Positions 26,376 through 39,876 of a stretch of DNA of 64,000 nucleotides are shown one piece after another. Source of the DNA: Cenococcum geophilum (taxonomy: Eukaryota). The DNA is taken from NCBI GenBank assembly GCA_050273025.1, contig CP158635.1, positions 11,532,001-11,596,000 on the forward strand, read 5' to 3'. The position numbers and the translations under genes were made by a program. The notes under the pieces were generated by a model, which saw only the letters and a program-made list of their open reading frames with translations, ran no database searches and was not told the DNA's origin. Numbering within the stretch: the stretch's first letter is position 1; each line of letters opens with the position of its first letter.

Positions 26376-29300
26376 TATTACGGACGCTTTAAGTACGATA
26401 TTACGACTACTAGAAGAGGAGTCGGAAGAAGCTAGTTAGTTAATATAGGCACGGTCCAGAATAGAGCCAATAGAGCCATGTAATGAGGAATAGTAACTAA
26501 GGTTACATAACGTTATACGCAGTATACGCAGTATATAAAGGGAACGTATATATAATATATATAATACGTACCTTACGTACAAAGGGGATTTCTTAGGAGT
26601 ACGGTTGTGTATTTAAAGGACCACATTCCCTACCTAAATAGTTCTCTCCTTTATAGTAAATCTTAGAATATAATTAGAGTTAATCTATTAGGCAACCACT
26701 CCACTAGTTATATTTACGTTGTTGACTATTCTATACCTATATACCTAGCCTATTAACAAGTCTACCGTAGTTCCTGCTACAAAGCTTTATTATATATTCA
26801 CTACTAAGGTTATAGTAAAAGAAGTTAAACAACATACCACCAAAAGCAGTAGCTACGACGGCGTTAACAGCAGCAACTACCTTAGGATTAGGTAATAACA
26901 CTAGTATAGCAGATACTAACTCGCAACCAGTTACTATTAGATAGCTATAAAAAATAGTTAATTAATTAACAGACAATAATAGGATACTTAAAGAAAGAAT
27001 TAATAGGATTAAAGTAGCTAAGGTTAAGTTACCCTTAATTAAGCGATTCTTAGGAGAGAAGTCGAAGCTTAAGGGATTCCTTATATAAATGCACTTTAAA
27101 GTCATATAAGAAGGAGTAAAGCTAGAAACGCCTATGGATTAAGTCGCTTATGTAGGATTATTCTTAATAGGAAGGGCACTTAAGTGGTTTAAGCCTTACC
27201 TTATAGAGGTATAGGAACACAGTATAATAACCGCTAACTAGGAGGTATAGTATATGTTCTTAAGTTAGAACGGGTTTGCAGAATAATTAACGCAAATATT
27301 TAGAGACCCGAAGGCAACTACTATAGCAGAAAGAAAGCTTTAAAACCTAATATAAAGGACTTTAGTAATTAAATATACGATATAGTTTTAAATATTAGTA
27401 ATATAGGTTAAATAGAACAATAAAGCGCTTATGGCACAGTATAAGCAAGGACTTAAAGTAAAAGTTTAGGACGTAATTATCCTAATAAAAGATACGGATA
27501 CTCTTAGAGATTTAACTAATTAAGCAATTAAGATTAATAATAGGATCTACTAAAGAGAGCAGACTAAGAAGGGTTAAGATAGAGTTCTATAGTCGTATAA
27601 GGCGCAAAGCACGCATTAATAAATTTAAAGTTAAAAACTATAGTATAGCGCAGAGCTAATAGACCTAAGTAGTACTAAAGAAAATATAAAATAAAATAAA
27701 TAACTATAGAAACCTAAAGAGTAAGGATTAAGTAATTAAAGGTCTAAGAAGCAGAGGTTAAACCAGGAATCTTAACAGCAGAAGACATTTAGGCGGACTC
27801 TATAGCAAAAAAAATGGTTTAAAGAAGGAGCTTATATAAATTACGGAAAATAGGGTTATTACGTTAAAGACTATAAAAGTGGTTAGAGTTACTATATAGT
27901 AAAAGGAATAAGACTAGTAGACAATATATATATATAGAGGGATAATAATATACTATAAGGAATAAAAGAATGTTCAATTAAAAGTTTTACGTTTTATTAT
28001 AATAACGCATACTAAATTTATAAGGACGCTAAGTATAGCGCAAGCTATTAGCTATAAAAACTATAATTAGCGGAATATAGAGGAACCAACGAACTAGTTC
28101 GCAGATCGGACATTAAGGACAATAAGTTTAATGTAGGCAAAACATTTAATAATAATAAGGCAATAAAAGCAGCTTACTAGGAGCATATAGACCTCAGAGA
28201 TATTATATAAGAGGTAGAGGATAATTCCACTATAAAATAGGGAATATTAGTAGGGATTAAGACCCCACTAGATACAATATCTATCGCTTTATAAGATATA
28301 AGAGAAGTAGGACAGCGAGCCACTTCGGCACTTAATAAAGGCAAAAGGCTAAAGGCTTAAGATTCTTAAGACAAAATAAGAGATAACTAAGATTCTTAAG
28401 GCGAGATAAGGCAAGCTTAAGGACCTATAATAGACGATAACCAATAGGGCAGAGTAATGGCTTAGTTTAGTAATATATAAATAAGCTCAGGACGAAGTTT
28501 CCTAAAGATATAAGACTCTTAAGATAAGATAAGTGAGATTTAAGACTTTTAAGATAAGATGAGAATACTATAAAAGCCTAGTTAAACTAAGGCTGGAGCT
28601 AAGCTTAAGATAGAAGTAGGTTTAGAATTAAGAATCTTATAGGACTAAAATTTTAGTAATAGAATAAGGACCATTAAAGAAATTGTGAGTAAGGCTTAGC
28701 AATAAAATTAGAAAATTAATACTAAGATCAAGAAGCAAGAAAACTTTAAGAATCTATTTATAAGACGCAAACCAAAAGAAACTATAAAAGAATTTAGATA
28801 AAGAATTATCGCATAGCAAGAATAGAAACTAGATAAGAGATTTAGTATATTAGGACGTATAAGGGATAGAGTACTAGTATAAAGAATTACTAATAGGCCT
28901 AGGGTAGGTACACTAAGAGCTAAGTGGCTTACTAAACTAGAAAATAAAGAGGATTTAGGAATCCCTACTAGATTTAAAGAACAATATATAAAGGGCTGTT
29001 ATAATATAGTAATAAGAAGATACTTCCTTATGGATAAGCCGTATACACTTTAATAGCTATACTAAAAGTGGTATAGGCAGCGATACAATAATAAGTAGGA
29101 AGATTTTTATATATAGTTGGATAAACGAGTTATTTAAGACCACCTAATTATAGAGAAGGCTATAACTTATATTAAAGGAGCCTTAATTATAATGTTAAAG
29201 GATCTAGAGGAATAATTAGAGGACTAGAGAAGCGAAAGATATATCTTAGTACCTATAAATAAAGTTATAACGTTTAGATTAGCACGGTAAAGGTTTAAAC

Positions 29301-32300
29301 TTAAAGATAAAAATAAGTTAAGAGTTAACCTAAAGCACCTAGTATACTATACGCTATTATAGATTGTATGCGTGGATAATATATATAAAATGCATAAGAA
29401 TCTAAAGGAAAAAAATTAGAAGTACCCTATAAGAATATATTAGGCGCTAGATAAGTAATAGTATAGAAATACTAAGTATATATATAGCTAGCATCTAATA
29501 GAAGTATAAAAGTTAGGGGACTTAATACTTTAACTAGGAAGATTCCTTATAGAAGAATATTTAGATAAATAATAGTGGTGGGAATACCTAGAGAATATAT
29601 AGAAGATAAAAAGCGAACTAGGTATTAGCTAAAAAAAAACGAGCTAAGCGCGATAGGATTAAGTAGCTAATAGTTAGGAACAGTAGAGGCCTACGAAACC
29701 AGAGGGAGCTAGTAGTAAAGCCTTAGACCCTTAAAGGAATTTAAGGACAATACCTAAATTTATAAGTTAATTAGTAAGATTAGTAGTTTAAAGCACTAAT
29801 AAATAGTAAAGTAGCGCGGAACCATATCTTACTAGTAGTAGTTAAGAGAATAGGATTACCTTATAGATAGAAGGAATAACCTTACCTATTAGTTACAATT
29901 TTAGGAGATCTAATAGCCTATAGAGGAGGGATTATCAACCTTAAAATAAGACCTATTTAGATAACTATTAAAGGGAGATAAATTAAGATGTCTTTTAATA
30001 TCCTACTATTAGGACAGGATAAGGCAGTATTAGGAATACCTTAGTTATAGGAATATAATCTAAAGATTAATTAGATTATAGGTTAAGTTAATATTAGAGA
30101 TACTTAACGCTATAAGATATAATAGTAAACTAAGTTAATATAGTACTAAGTTAGAGTAATATATAAAGAGACTAAGCGAAGCTTAAGTTATATACTAAAG
30201 AGATACTATAAGTATGGTAAGAAACTATAGAGCCTAGAAAGTAAAAAGCTAGTAGATTATATAGTATAGGACTATAAGTTAGAGTTAGAACTAGGAATAA
30301 GTCTAAGGTTCTTTCTAACCTATAAGCTTACTAAAGAAGAATCTAGAGCACTTAAAGAGTTTGTCTAAGAAAACTTATAAAAGGGATATATTAAACTATT
30401 ATAGTCATTAGTAGGTTATCCAGTACTATTTATACTAAAGAAAAACAGGAAATTTAGGTTATATATTAACTATAGGCAGTTAAATAGTATTACTTAAAAG
30501 GATAGGTATCCTTTACCCTTAATTAGCAAAATCTAGGATTAGATAGGCAATATATAAATCTTTATAAAGATAGATTTAAGATAGGCATACCATTAAATTA
30601 GAATTAAGGAAGGCAATAAATAGAAGGTAGCCTTTAGGTTAAGAGAAGAACTATATAAACTATTAGTTATATAATTTGGGTTAATAAATGCACTAGTAAT
30701 ATTTTAAAAACGAATTAATAGTATATTAAGAGAACACCTTAATGAGTTTATTATGGTATACCTTAACAATATTATTATCTACTTAATAACTAAGGAAGAA
30801 TATAGGGAATACGTTAAATGGGTTTTAAAGAGACTATAGGAAGAATAGATGCTAGTAGCAATTAAGAAATATAAGTTCTTTATAAGGAAGACCAATTTTG
30901 TTAAATTTATTATTAAACTAGGTTATATTAGCATGGACCTAAAGAAGATTAAAGCTATAGTAAGTTGGTAAGACCTAGAGAATATAATATAGTTAAGGTT
31001 ATTTCTAGGGTTTTATAACTACTACAGAAGGTTTATAGCATAATAGTTAAAGAATATTAAACCATTCACTAGGCTTATAAAGAAAGAGGAACTATAGGTA
31101 TAGGGAAATAAGTAGAGGAAGCTATTTAAAGAACTTAAGGAGTTATTTACTTAGAAGCTAATCCTTAAGATCTACTAACTAGGACTAGACACGGTTGTAA
31201 AAACGGATATATTAGACTATATACTAGGAGTATACTTACTATAGAAGTATAAGGATATATGGCACCCAGTATTATATTATAGTAGAAAGATAACACTACT
31301 AGAGTTAAACTATAACGTCTATAATAAGGAGTTATTAGGTATAGTTATAGTACTTAAGGAATAGAGAGCATTCTTATAAGGCGTAGAGAAACTATTTATA
31401 GTTAAGATAGATTATAAGAACCTAATAGGGTTCCTAATAATAAAAGAACTTAATTATAAATAAGTTAGATAGGTAGAGATGCTTACAGAATACTATTTTA
31501 AGATTTAGTATATTAAAGGAACTAAGAATATAAGAGTAGATATACTTAGCAGAAAAGCTAAACTATAAAATAATAAGAAGCTATTAGGAGTAATGCTATA
31601 TAGAGATAAGGATAGATAGATTAAATATAATTACCCTAAACTAGTAGTAATTTAAGAGGATAATAAACTAGAAAGAGTCTATAAGATACTAAAAAGCTTT
31701 TAGGTATAGAGAATTCTAAAAATATAGCTAGAAGATTTATAGATGGATATATATAAAAATTGAAAAGCGAAGTATATCCTAAAGAGCATAGTAGAGTATT
31801 TCGTAGAAGATTTCTATAAGGGAATAACTTAAGGACATAATGGAGCAATAGGCTTAGTATTAAGACTTTAGGAAGAATATATTATTAACGGAATTTAGAA
31901 TATTATAAAAAAAAGTAATAAAAGAGTGTTTAGATTATTAAAAAAAATAAACTAATAAGGCATAAGCCATACGGAGGGCTATAACCTATTAAAATACTAG
32001 AAAGACTATAGGAAGTCATATTATAGGACTTTATTATTAAGTTACTAAAGTTAAGAGATCCTATTACTGGACAAGATTATAACGCAATCTTAGTAATAGT
32101 AGATAAGCTTATAAAGTAGGGCTACTTTATAGCATATATAGAAGAAATATTAGCAGAAGATATTACTAAAATTTATATTAAAGAAGTATTTGTAAAATAT
32201 AGAGCACTAAGTAAAATTATATTAGACAGAGATCCAAGATTTATAGTAGTATTTTAGGAAGTATTCTTAGCAGAGTAAGGAGTTAGAGTAGTAACTTCTA

Positions 32301-34205
32301 CCGTATATTACCCGCAGACAGACGGTTAAATAGAAAGATTAAATTAGACGCTAGAATAGTATCTAAGATATTATATTAATTACACATAGAATAATTAGGT
32401 ATTGTTATTACTAATTATATAGTTTATATATAATATAACACTATAGGAAGGAATAGGCATATTACTATTTAAGGCAAATTATAAATATAAGCCAAGAATA
32501 TCGTTGTTACTATAGTAAGTAAAGAAAATAAGTAGCATAGCTAAAGAAAGAATAAAGACGTTAATAAATCTTTATATAGACCTTATAGAATTAGCAAAGA
32601 AAGTATAAGAGAGAATAAAAAAGTACTATAATACTAAGAGATCTAAGGAACTAGATCTTAAGGAGGGAGATAAAGTATAGCTACTATACAAATTTTTTAA
32701 GAGTTAACGACTAAGTAAGAAGTTAAACTATATTAGACTAGGACCTTTCGAAATTATATAAAGGATTTCACTAGTTATATTTAAGTTAAACCTACCAGCT
32801 AAAATAAAGATTTACCCTATATAGTATATCGCGATACTAGAGCCAGTATATAGAAATATTAAGCTACTAGTCTATAAAGCAGATATATATAAAGAATAAG
32901 AGGAAGACAAATAGTAAGTTTTAAGGATTATTAGTTATAAGGACATTAATAATAAAATATAGTATAAGGTTAAGTAGATAGGCTACACTAAGACTACCTA
33001 GAAGCTACTAGAGAATCTAAAAAACGCTATAAGAAAGGTATAGGAGTATTAGAAGAAATTAGGTTAGGCAGTATTAATAAAAAAGGATTACTAAAGAATA
33101 AGTTACCTAAGAGGAACCTAAGAAGAGCAGTTACTAAACTACTTAGATCTATTTCCTTCTCTATTAGAAGAAAATCCGTTCTTTTATTACTAAGTTCCTA
33201 TAAACCTTATTTTATAAGTTTCTACTCCTTAAAACAAACCTTCTTACAAACCTTCTTAAGATGGAGTAATTAAGTAGACGCCGTAATATAGGCTTTAAGG
33301 GCCTTCTGCTCTATATTATAAGAACATTCTAACTTAATAAGGGCTTAAGATAGTTTACTATCTAGCCACGCAGCAGTAGATTAAATATAAAACCCTAAAA
33401 TAAATTAGTTAAGAAACTAGACAACTATTAAAAGTAATAGGTTATATATATTTAGCATTAGAGATAAAGCAAACGTCGTAGAACGAATAAATATTTACTT
33501 TAGTGCACTCTAAGTAAGAGGATAGTTATTGCAAGAATAGACTCGCTAACGTAATATAAACTAATTCCTCTTTTAAACAGCGAGAATACGGAGATAGTAT
33601 AATCTCACTAAGAGATAATATCGCAGCAATAGTATAAGCACGATATTACGCTTATAAAGAAGAAGAAGCTTTAGGTATAATAAGCAATAATATTAACCAA
33701 ATTAATTAGACAGATATTACACCTTTAGTAAACAACTTAGAGATATTAAGCGTCTTTAAGGACGAAGATAAAAAGGAGGGAGATAGTATTATGGACGCTT
33801 TAAGTACAATATTATAACTACTAGGAGAGGAGTTAAAAGAAGCTAGTTAGTTAATATAGGCACGGTCTAAAATAGAGCCAATAGAGCTATATAATAAGGA
33901 ATAGTAACTAAGGTTATATAACGTTGTATATAGTATATATAGTGTATAAAGGGAACGTACGTATAATATGTATAATACGTACCTTACGTATAAAGGGGAT
34001 TTCTTAGGAGTACGGTTATATATTTAAAGGACTATAATCCTTACCTAAATAGTTCTCTCCTTTATAGTAAATCTTAGAATATAATTAGAGTTAATTTATT
34101 AGGCAACCACTCCACTAGTTATGTTTACATTATTAACTATTCTATACCTATATACCCAGCCCATTAATAAGTCTACCGTAGTTCCTGCTATAAGGCTTCG
34201 TTATA
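26376..34205 (+). mobile_element. Gypsy chromovirus element E, full length, RIPed, inserted in the Copia 3' LTR
   Basis: 419-bp LTRs at 26376-26794 and 33787-34205. TSD TAAAA on both sides. gag (M)PPKAAAT ~26835, RT YLDD ~30760, integrase HPQTDG ~32310, chromodomain ~32900-33050, PPT before 33787. Confidence 0.95.
33050..33678 (-). pseudogene. RIPed antisense Zn2Cys6-like accessory gene of element E (homolog of 10249-10950)
   Basis: Reverse complement aligns by eye with the copy in C: same Cys spacing, same intron position splitting a Trp codon (T|GG), same coiled-coil segment. Confidence 0.7.
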
Positions 34206-34261
34206 TAAAAGAGTATACGATACTATACGTATTTCGTGCCCCTAGATATAACTTACTTATA

Positions 34262-35287
34262 TTATTAAGTTAATACAAATAGTAGAGTTCTACCGGCTCT
34301 AAATATTAAGTTAATTAAAATTTACTATTTTAGGAATAGAAAATCGCTATTAACTTAGTTAAAAATAGTAAGTATAATTAATATTACTATAAATTACTAC
34401 TATATATATAGTTTTATTTTATATATAATATTTTTAAAAATCTCTTATAACTCCTTAGCCTCTTAGCTATATAACTTAAGATTTTATATATAGATAGCTC
34501 TAATCTTAATTAATATTATTAAAGCTAATATACTTTTATTAAAAATTAGATTATTAATTAAATAATAAATAAAAGGGTTTAGCTTATATAAATAGCTTTT
34601 TATATAGTATATTAAATATATATAAGCTTATATTATTTTTTAAAATTTTTAAAATTTAAAATTTTAGGCCTATAATTAAAATTAGCTTATTAACTATTTT
34701 AATTTAATACTTTTATAACGCATTTATATATTTAGTAGCATTAATTATTATTTATTGCTTAACGTCTAATTTAAATCACTATTAGGCCTATATAGACTAC
34801 TCCTTATATATATAGGGAGAAACTCTATTTAAGAAAACCCTATATTATACTTAATTTAAAAAAATTATATATTAAATACCTATATAAATTGATTGTTATT
34901 ATTATTATTAAAAAGCTATATTTTGCTTATATTATCGTATATTTTTTTTATTAATAGCTATTAAGGTAGTATATAAAAATAATACCTAATTTAAAAATTT
35001 ATTTATATATTATAAAGAAGTAAAGGGTAAATTAAATTAAATTAAAAATTAAACTTTTTTATAATATATATAACCCTAAACCTTCTATATATAATAGGAA
35101 ATAAACCAAAATAATTAAGGAGTGTTTAATACTACTATAGTAAAAGAAAATGCCTATAAAAAGTAAGACTATATATAAAGTGGTAAAAATTAATAAGGCA
35201 GCCTAACGTCATAAACAGCGAAAGGCCACTTAAGTCGAAACAGCAAGACGCCACCTCGCGTAGCGAGGTGGTTGATTAAGTTTCTAG
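34262..35287 (+). mobile_element. Extremely AT-rich relic ending in a Helitron-like 3' terminus
   Basis: Perfect 9-bp hairpin CCACCTCGC-GTA-GCGAGGTGG (35251-35271), 12-nt spacer, CTAG (35284-35287), then T. No Rep/helicase motifs recognised. Confidence 0.45.
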
Positions 35288-35583
35288 TATTTTTGCCACG
35301 CCTTCGCCAAAATTTTAGATTGGTGGTGTGTCGAGTTATAAAAATCGGGTCAACAAATGGCAAGGGTGGCTGCGCCAACTAAACTAAAGCCACCGGCAAC
35401 TTACACACTACTTGCTATGTTAAAAGTACTGTAGGTCGTGGGTATAGGTAAAGTGCAGTGCCAAGAGCTGCAGAAAGTCCGTGTGCTGAGAAAATCTCGG
35501 ATGCGGAAAGCGGAAGCCGATATTGCAAGTCCCTGTAAAGTGACGTGCATGACGCTAAACTAAAAGCAGATGCATTATTTCCA

Positions 35584-36058
35584 GACTCCTACGCAAACAA
35601 GCTTAGAATTCCACTTCAAGTTAGAATATCACGTGTGTTTGACTTGTTCACCCCATATCACGAAAACAACACCAAGCGCCCATACCTAAATCAACACCTC
35701 GCATTTGCCTTGCTCTTAAGAGCCTGTAATAGTAGAATGTCGTCGCGGTCGCGGATCGCATTGATAACTCTACTCGGCGGGAGCTCTCAGCATTCGAGCG
35801 AAATACTGCACTACCCGTGGGCGGGCGCGGGCGCGGGCATGTTCGTAGAGGCAATCCACAGACGTCAAATAGAGGCAGCAGCACTCAATCTAGTTCTTGC
35901 AGCGCCTCGTAGAGCACTCCGTAGTCCTACCAGTCAATATTGGACGATCTTGAAGGTACGTATTGCACTTCGATTTGCGCGATTTAGGTATAAACAAGTC
36001 AAACACACGTGATATTCTAACTTGAAGTGGAAGGATCAAGCTTGTTTGCGTAGGGGTG
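35584..36058. mobile_element. MITE-like foldback element with ~63-bp TIRs
   Basis: CCTACGCAAACAAGCTT..TTCCACTTCAAGTTAGAATATCACGTGTGTTTGACTTGTT at ~35588-35648 and its reverse complement at ~35992-36054. Confidence 0.75.
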
Positions 36059-36477
36059 TATGATTAGTAGTGACCTATTTTAACACTCGTTGCTCATTCG
36101 TCGCAGAACGAGATAGCGCAGGGCAATTAAATTTTCGAAAAATTTCTAATGCGCATTATGTAGTTCTAAAAATACAAAGGCGTAAGATAAAATGACGGGG
36201 TTTGCAGCATGAAACCCAGTGACAGGCATGAGACGCCCATGCCGCCACGCTTGAGACCAGCTTAGACAGATTACCCAGAAGCACTATTTGAAATGCCGAT
36301 GATGACGAATCAACACCACTAACGCCAGCCTAGACATGCATTATACGTGAAAAATAGACCCGCAGATAAATCGAGCCATAGCCTAATGAGACAAATAGAG
36401 AAAGCTCGCCTGAAGATTGTGTTCCATTCCGTCCCAATATTTCTATTAAACGCCAGTAAAGTACCTATATGAGCCTC

Positions 36478-38543
36478 TCACATTGTCATCCTCCCCCTCC
36501 GCTTGCTGGACCTTTGCCCTGGGCTCTCAACCTCCATGCTCATAGTGCGTTCCCTCTCCCTTTCTTCTGTCTCGCGCTTCAGCAGCAACTGCTCTCTCAA
36601 CGCGCGCTTGCCCTTTCGAATGCTTCTCTCCTCTTCTGGTTCGACAAAACGATGAATAGTTCTGTGATCCAGGATCCGCTCTTCCTTATCATGTTTGCCC
36701 TCCTTATCAGTCTTTGGCCACGCGTATCCATAGAGTTTTGAGTGCCGCTCACAGCGCGGACACTCGCTGCGAGTAAGATACGCGTCTTCCTGCACGAAGT
36801 CGGCCTCGCATGTGCGACAAGCCACCCAGCGACTGTATTTCGCGGAGAGCAGAAGCGGAGTTAGGGTATAGTCACCTGGGCGTCGCTGATAGGTTGACGT
36901 GCCCGACTCAATAGAGTCGAGCGTAGTTGGGGTGACGTTGCCAAGGGTCTCCGATCTGCGGCTTTGAGAGCGCGTCGTGCGAGAGACTGGGGGTGTTCTA
37001 GATCGCTTGCGAGCGACAACTTGACGGAGCACGTCATCCAGCTCGTAGCTAGAAGATAGTTCAGAGATATCCGAGGAAGCGTCATCGACAAGAGACGTAA
37101 TTGCTGGATTCACTATGGCTATTGTTGAGACCTCGCTTGTAGTATCTGTTACCATACAAGTGACTTCTTTTTTGGTGATCTGTTGTGTACCTGTCATAGT
37201 GGTGTCTCCGTCAACCGAGGTTGCCTCAGTTGATGGAATTGATTGAGGTGATCCATCAGCAGTAGATGAAAAAGGAGAAGTAGATCGCGATATTTCTGCT
37301 TCCTCTAATGTGACAGTAAGAAGTCCGTCGCGTTGTTGGTTTCTTATATCTCTTGTCGCCGTTGCAGTTGATGATACATTTACTGTAGGGTCTTCGATGC
37401 TCGATAGAGGTATTTCTTGTCTGAGTGAGGATGTACTGCGCTCCTTCTTAATACTTGTCAGCCGTCCGGGTCGTCCTAATCGTCTTGATTCGACTGAAAG
37501 TGACGAAGGCGCAACTTGAGCTTCATCAACCCGCTGCCGTTTCCGTTGGTCTGGCGACGATGGCGACGAAGGCCGCGACGGATTTTCACTTTCTGAGAGG
37601 TATTTCCTCTTTTTCCTAAATGAATATGGGCCTTCCTGTAGAGCTTCTTCAGGCACAGGCGTGCCGTCTTCGCTCCCGGCCTTCTCGCTGATAGGCACCC
37701 AGCCATTAATCTGTTGCTTTTCGCATGATGCACAGAGACATTCTTCATTATCATCACCGAAATAGCCTTCGCCATATGACACTGTTATTTCCTCGCCAAT
37801 ATCAATGTTCTTGACTGAAACGATCTGCATCCCGTGTGGTCCTTTTGTAGATAACCTTGCATTGGCGTCGCAATCATGATTCGCAAACCGCGCAGGCCCC
37901 AAGAATAGCGATCGAGTCTTCTTGCGGCTAGATACAACAATACTGAAGTCGCGTCTTGTGAGATCTAAATTTTCTTCTTCTTCTTCGGTCATGGCAACCT
38001 GGATGCCACTGAGGTATTTAATCTCTTCTCCCTTCCTGATCTCTTTTCTTGCCGTGACAGACGCTTCATGTGTAGTAATCGTATAACGGTTCGTAGTAGT
38101 GACTTCAAAAGGACAATCTGGCATATACATGTTCACGTACTTGCGCAAATGGCGTTGGAAGTGTTCTTTCTCGTCAGCAGTCGAAAGCCGCTGTACGTAG
38201 TTGCGCAATCCCTGCAGCTGGAGTAGCTGCGTAACTGCTTTCGCCGCATCTTTTTCGATAATGACGGTTTTTCGAATAATATCCGCTATCTCTTCTTCGT
38301 GAATGCCGCGCGAAGCTGAATAGCGCGCGCGATTCTTGCGAATAGTGGTCCAGTAATACACCTGCGTCAAAAAGAGTAGAGTCAGCGTAAGTGACCGCGC
38401 ATGGGTTTCTGTCGGGAGCGACCCTCGAGGATGTGAGATTGACTCACTCGGTCAACAAGCGCATCAGTGATTAGGTCGTCATATGAAGCAAGTTGCGAGA
38501 AGGTCAAGCCGCCCTTTTTGGCAAGGGTTTCTCTCAAAGCCAT
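36478..38543 (-). CDS. set9: Histone H4K20 methyltransferase Set9 (SUV420/KMT5 family)
   Basis: N-terminal LASYDDLITDALVDR|VYYWTTIRKNR; SET motif LFLGPARFANHDC; post-SET CLCASC. Intron 38447-38362 (GTGAGT..GCTGAC..CAG). Alternative ATG at 38570. Confidence 0.93.
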
Positions 38544-39076
38544 GGTCTCTTCGGCGATTTTGTGGACCATGAGAATACAAGGAAACCGCTATACTCGCTG
38601 GTCGACAAGGCGAAGGTCTGACAATCTGTTCCTTTGGGCGCAAAAGGGGGAGGTTGGGGGGTGACGTAGGAAAGGGAACGAGATTTACAAGGGTTGTGGA
38701 AGAAAACAGAACGCCATGCAGAGAGAAAAACCTAAAAGAAAAACACAAAGAGAGACGTGGCGAAGGAGCGACTGTTGCTGCTTTATGCACAGCTGAAATG
38801 CTGAATTGACGCGGTGAAGAGAATGCGTGAGACGCAGGCTGAGTCGCGGATGGGCGGCGAACACCCTGGCTCGAGGATTTGTTCTGGGGGCGCGATTCGA
38901 GGCGAGGCGCGGAGGAGGCGCGGCTGGGATTTTTCACCCGCAGAACAACTCGCGGAATCTTCCATTTCCGCCTCACCCTTCGCAGAGACGACAGCGAACA
39001 AGCAAACAGCACCACCACTGCAAGGGGCCGACGGTCAGGAGGGCTTTAGCAACTTGAGTTGTGGTAGTCTAGCAGA

Positions 39077-39664
39077 ATGATACAGCTCAAGGTATGAGGT
39101 CCATTTATACAGGGCTGTGTGACAAAAACCGGTCAACTGACTAGGACTGAGCTAGACCCTCATCAATTGCATCGACAACTCCGGCGCCGCAATAGTCGAG
39201 TGCGTAAATGTTTTGCGATCAAAGAGGCCTGCCAAAGTTGGTGCGTGGCCATACCTTATCTCAACTGCAAGAACTGTCGAGACTTCTATCCTACCATTCC
39301 CCTTGGCACCTGTGCTCCATTATAAACTCGGCCTTTCGTTGACACGCCACCTCTAGGAGACCGCATAGTAGTGGTAGTTCAGAAACAGCGTAATTTCGGG
39401 CCTGAGTCTGGTCCAGGAGGCAGCGTCTCTATCGGCGCAGCGCACAAAGTACGGCGAGGTGATATACGGCATGCTGTTGTTGTTCGGACCGCGAAAAAAT
39501 ACCAACGGCCAGACGGAAGCGTGGTGAAATTTGACGACAATGCATGTGTGTTGATAAATAAGGCCGGGGAACCCATTGGTTCCAGGTTGAACGGTATTGT
39601 CGCATCGGAGTTACGGGATAAGAAGTGGTCCAAGATTTTGTCATTGGCACCGATGCATTTATAG
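39077..39664 (+). CDS. MRPL38: Mitochondrial large ribosomal subunit protein uL14m
   Basis: Exons 39077-39091, 39156-39240, 39357-39664 give [16 protein letters not shown]...[11 protein letters not shown]...[19 protein letters not shown]...KILSLAP. Confidence 0.93.
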
Positions 39665-39876
39665 GCGTGGAAATCTTTATGGGAAATGTTCAACTGTAGA
39701 AATAGTGTATTATGCTTTTGTATAGCATGTCTATGGATATCAAGACCCAAAATCGCTAGAGCACCAAGCAATAAAATTAATCATAATGAACCCTAAACTC
39801 CGTCTCAATGCCATATATTCCATATTGGACCGTTTGCGCCGGAGATGCTGAACGTTAAGGATACGTCTAGACTTGC

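Larger units (their letters stand above)
22491..34260 (+). mobile_element. Copia/Ty1 element F, 3' part (RT-RNase H, 3' LTR); host of D, H and E
   Basis: De-RIPed motifs KEINGLLEKGVF, IFNSRFVDEIK, KSRLVVQAYND, RDISQAYVQS, KPLYGVPEAGNHW, GLQTDDTL (23611-23637), VFTDASF, CTDSKSLYD, NPADAMTK. 3' LTR starts ~26227, is split by E and ends ~34260 (approximate). Confidence 0.88.

Noticed and set aside
34715..34770. Minus-strand INAT peptide reminiscent of KilA-N/APSES
   Set aside because: Sequence is too RIP-saturated and the match too short.
35545..36012. 155-aa ORF
   Set aside because: Lies across a foldback element, non-ATG start, no recognisable domain.
38479..39080. ORFs between set9 and MRPL38, and ORFs antisense to bud4 and mrh4
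   Set aside because: Divergent promoter/UTR sequence or antisense shadows of real genes.
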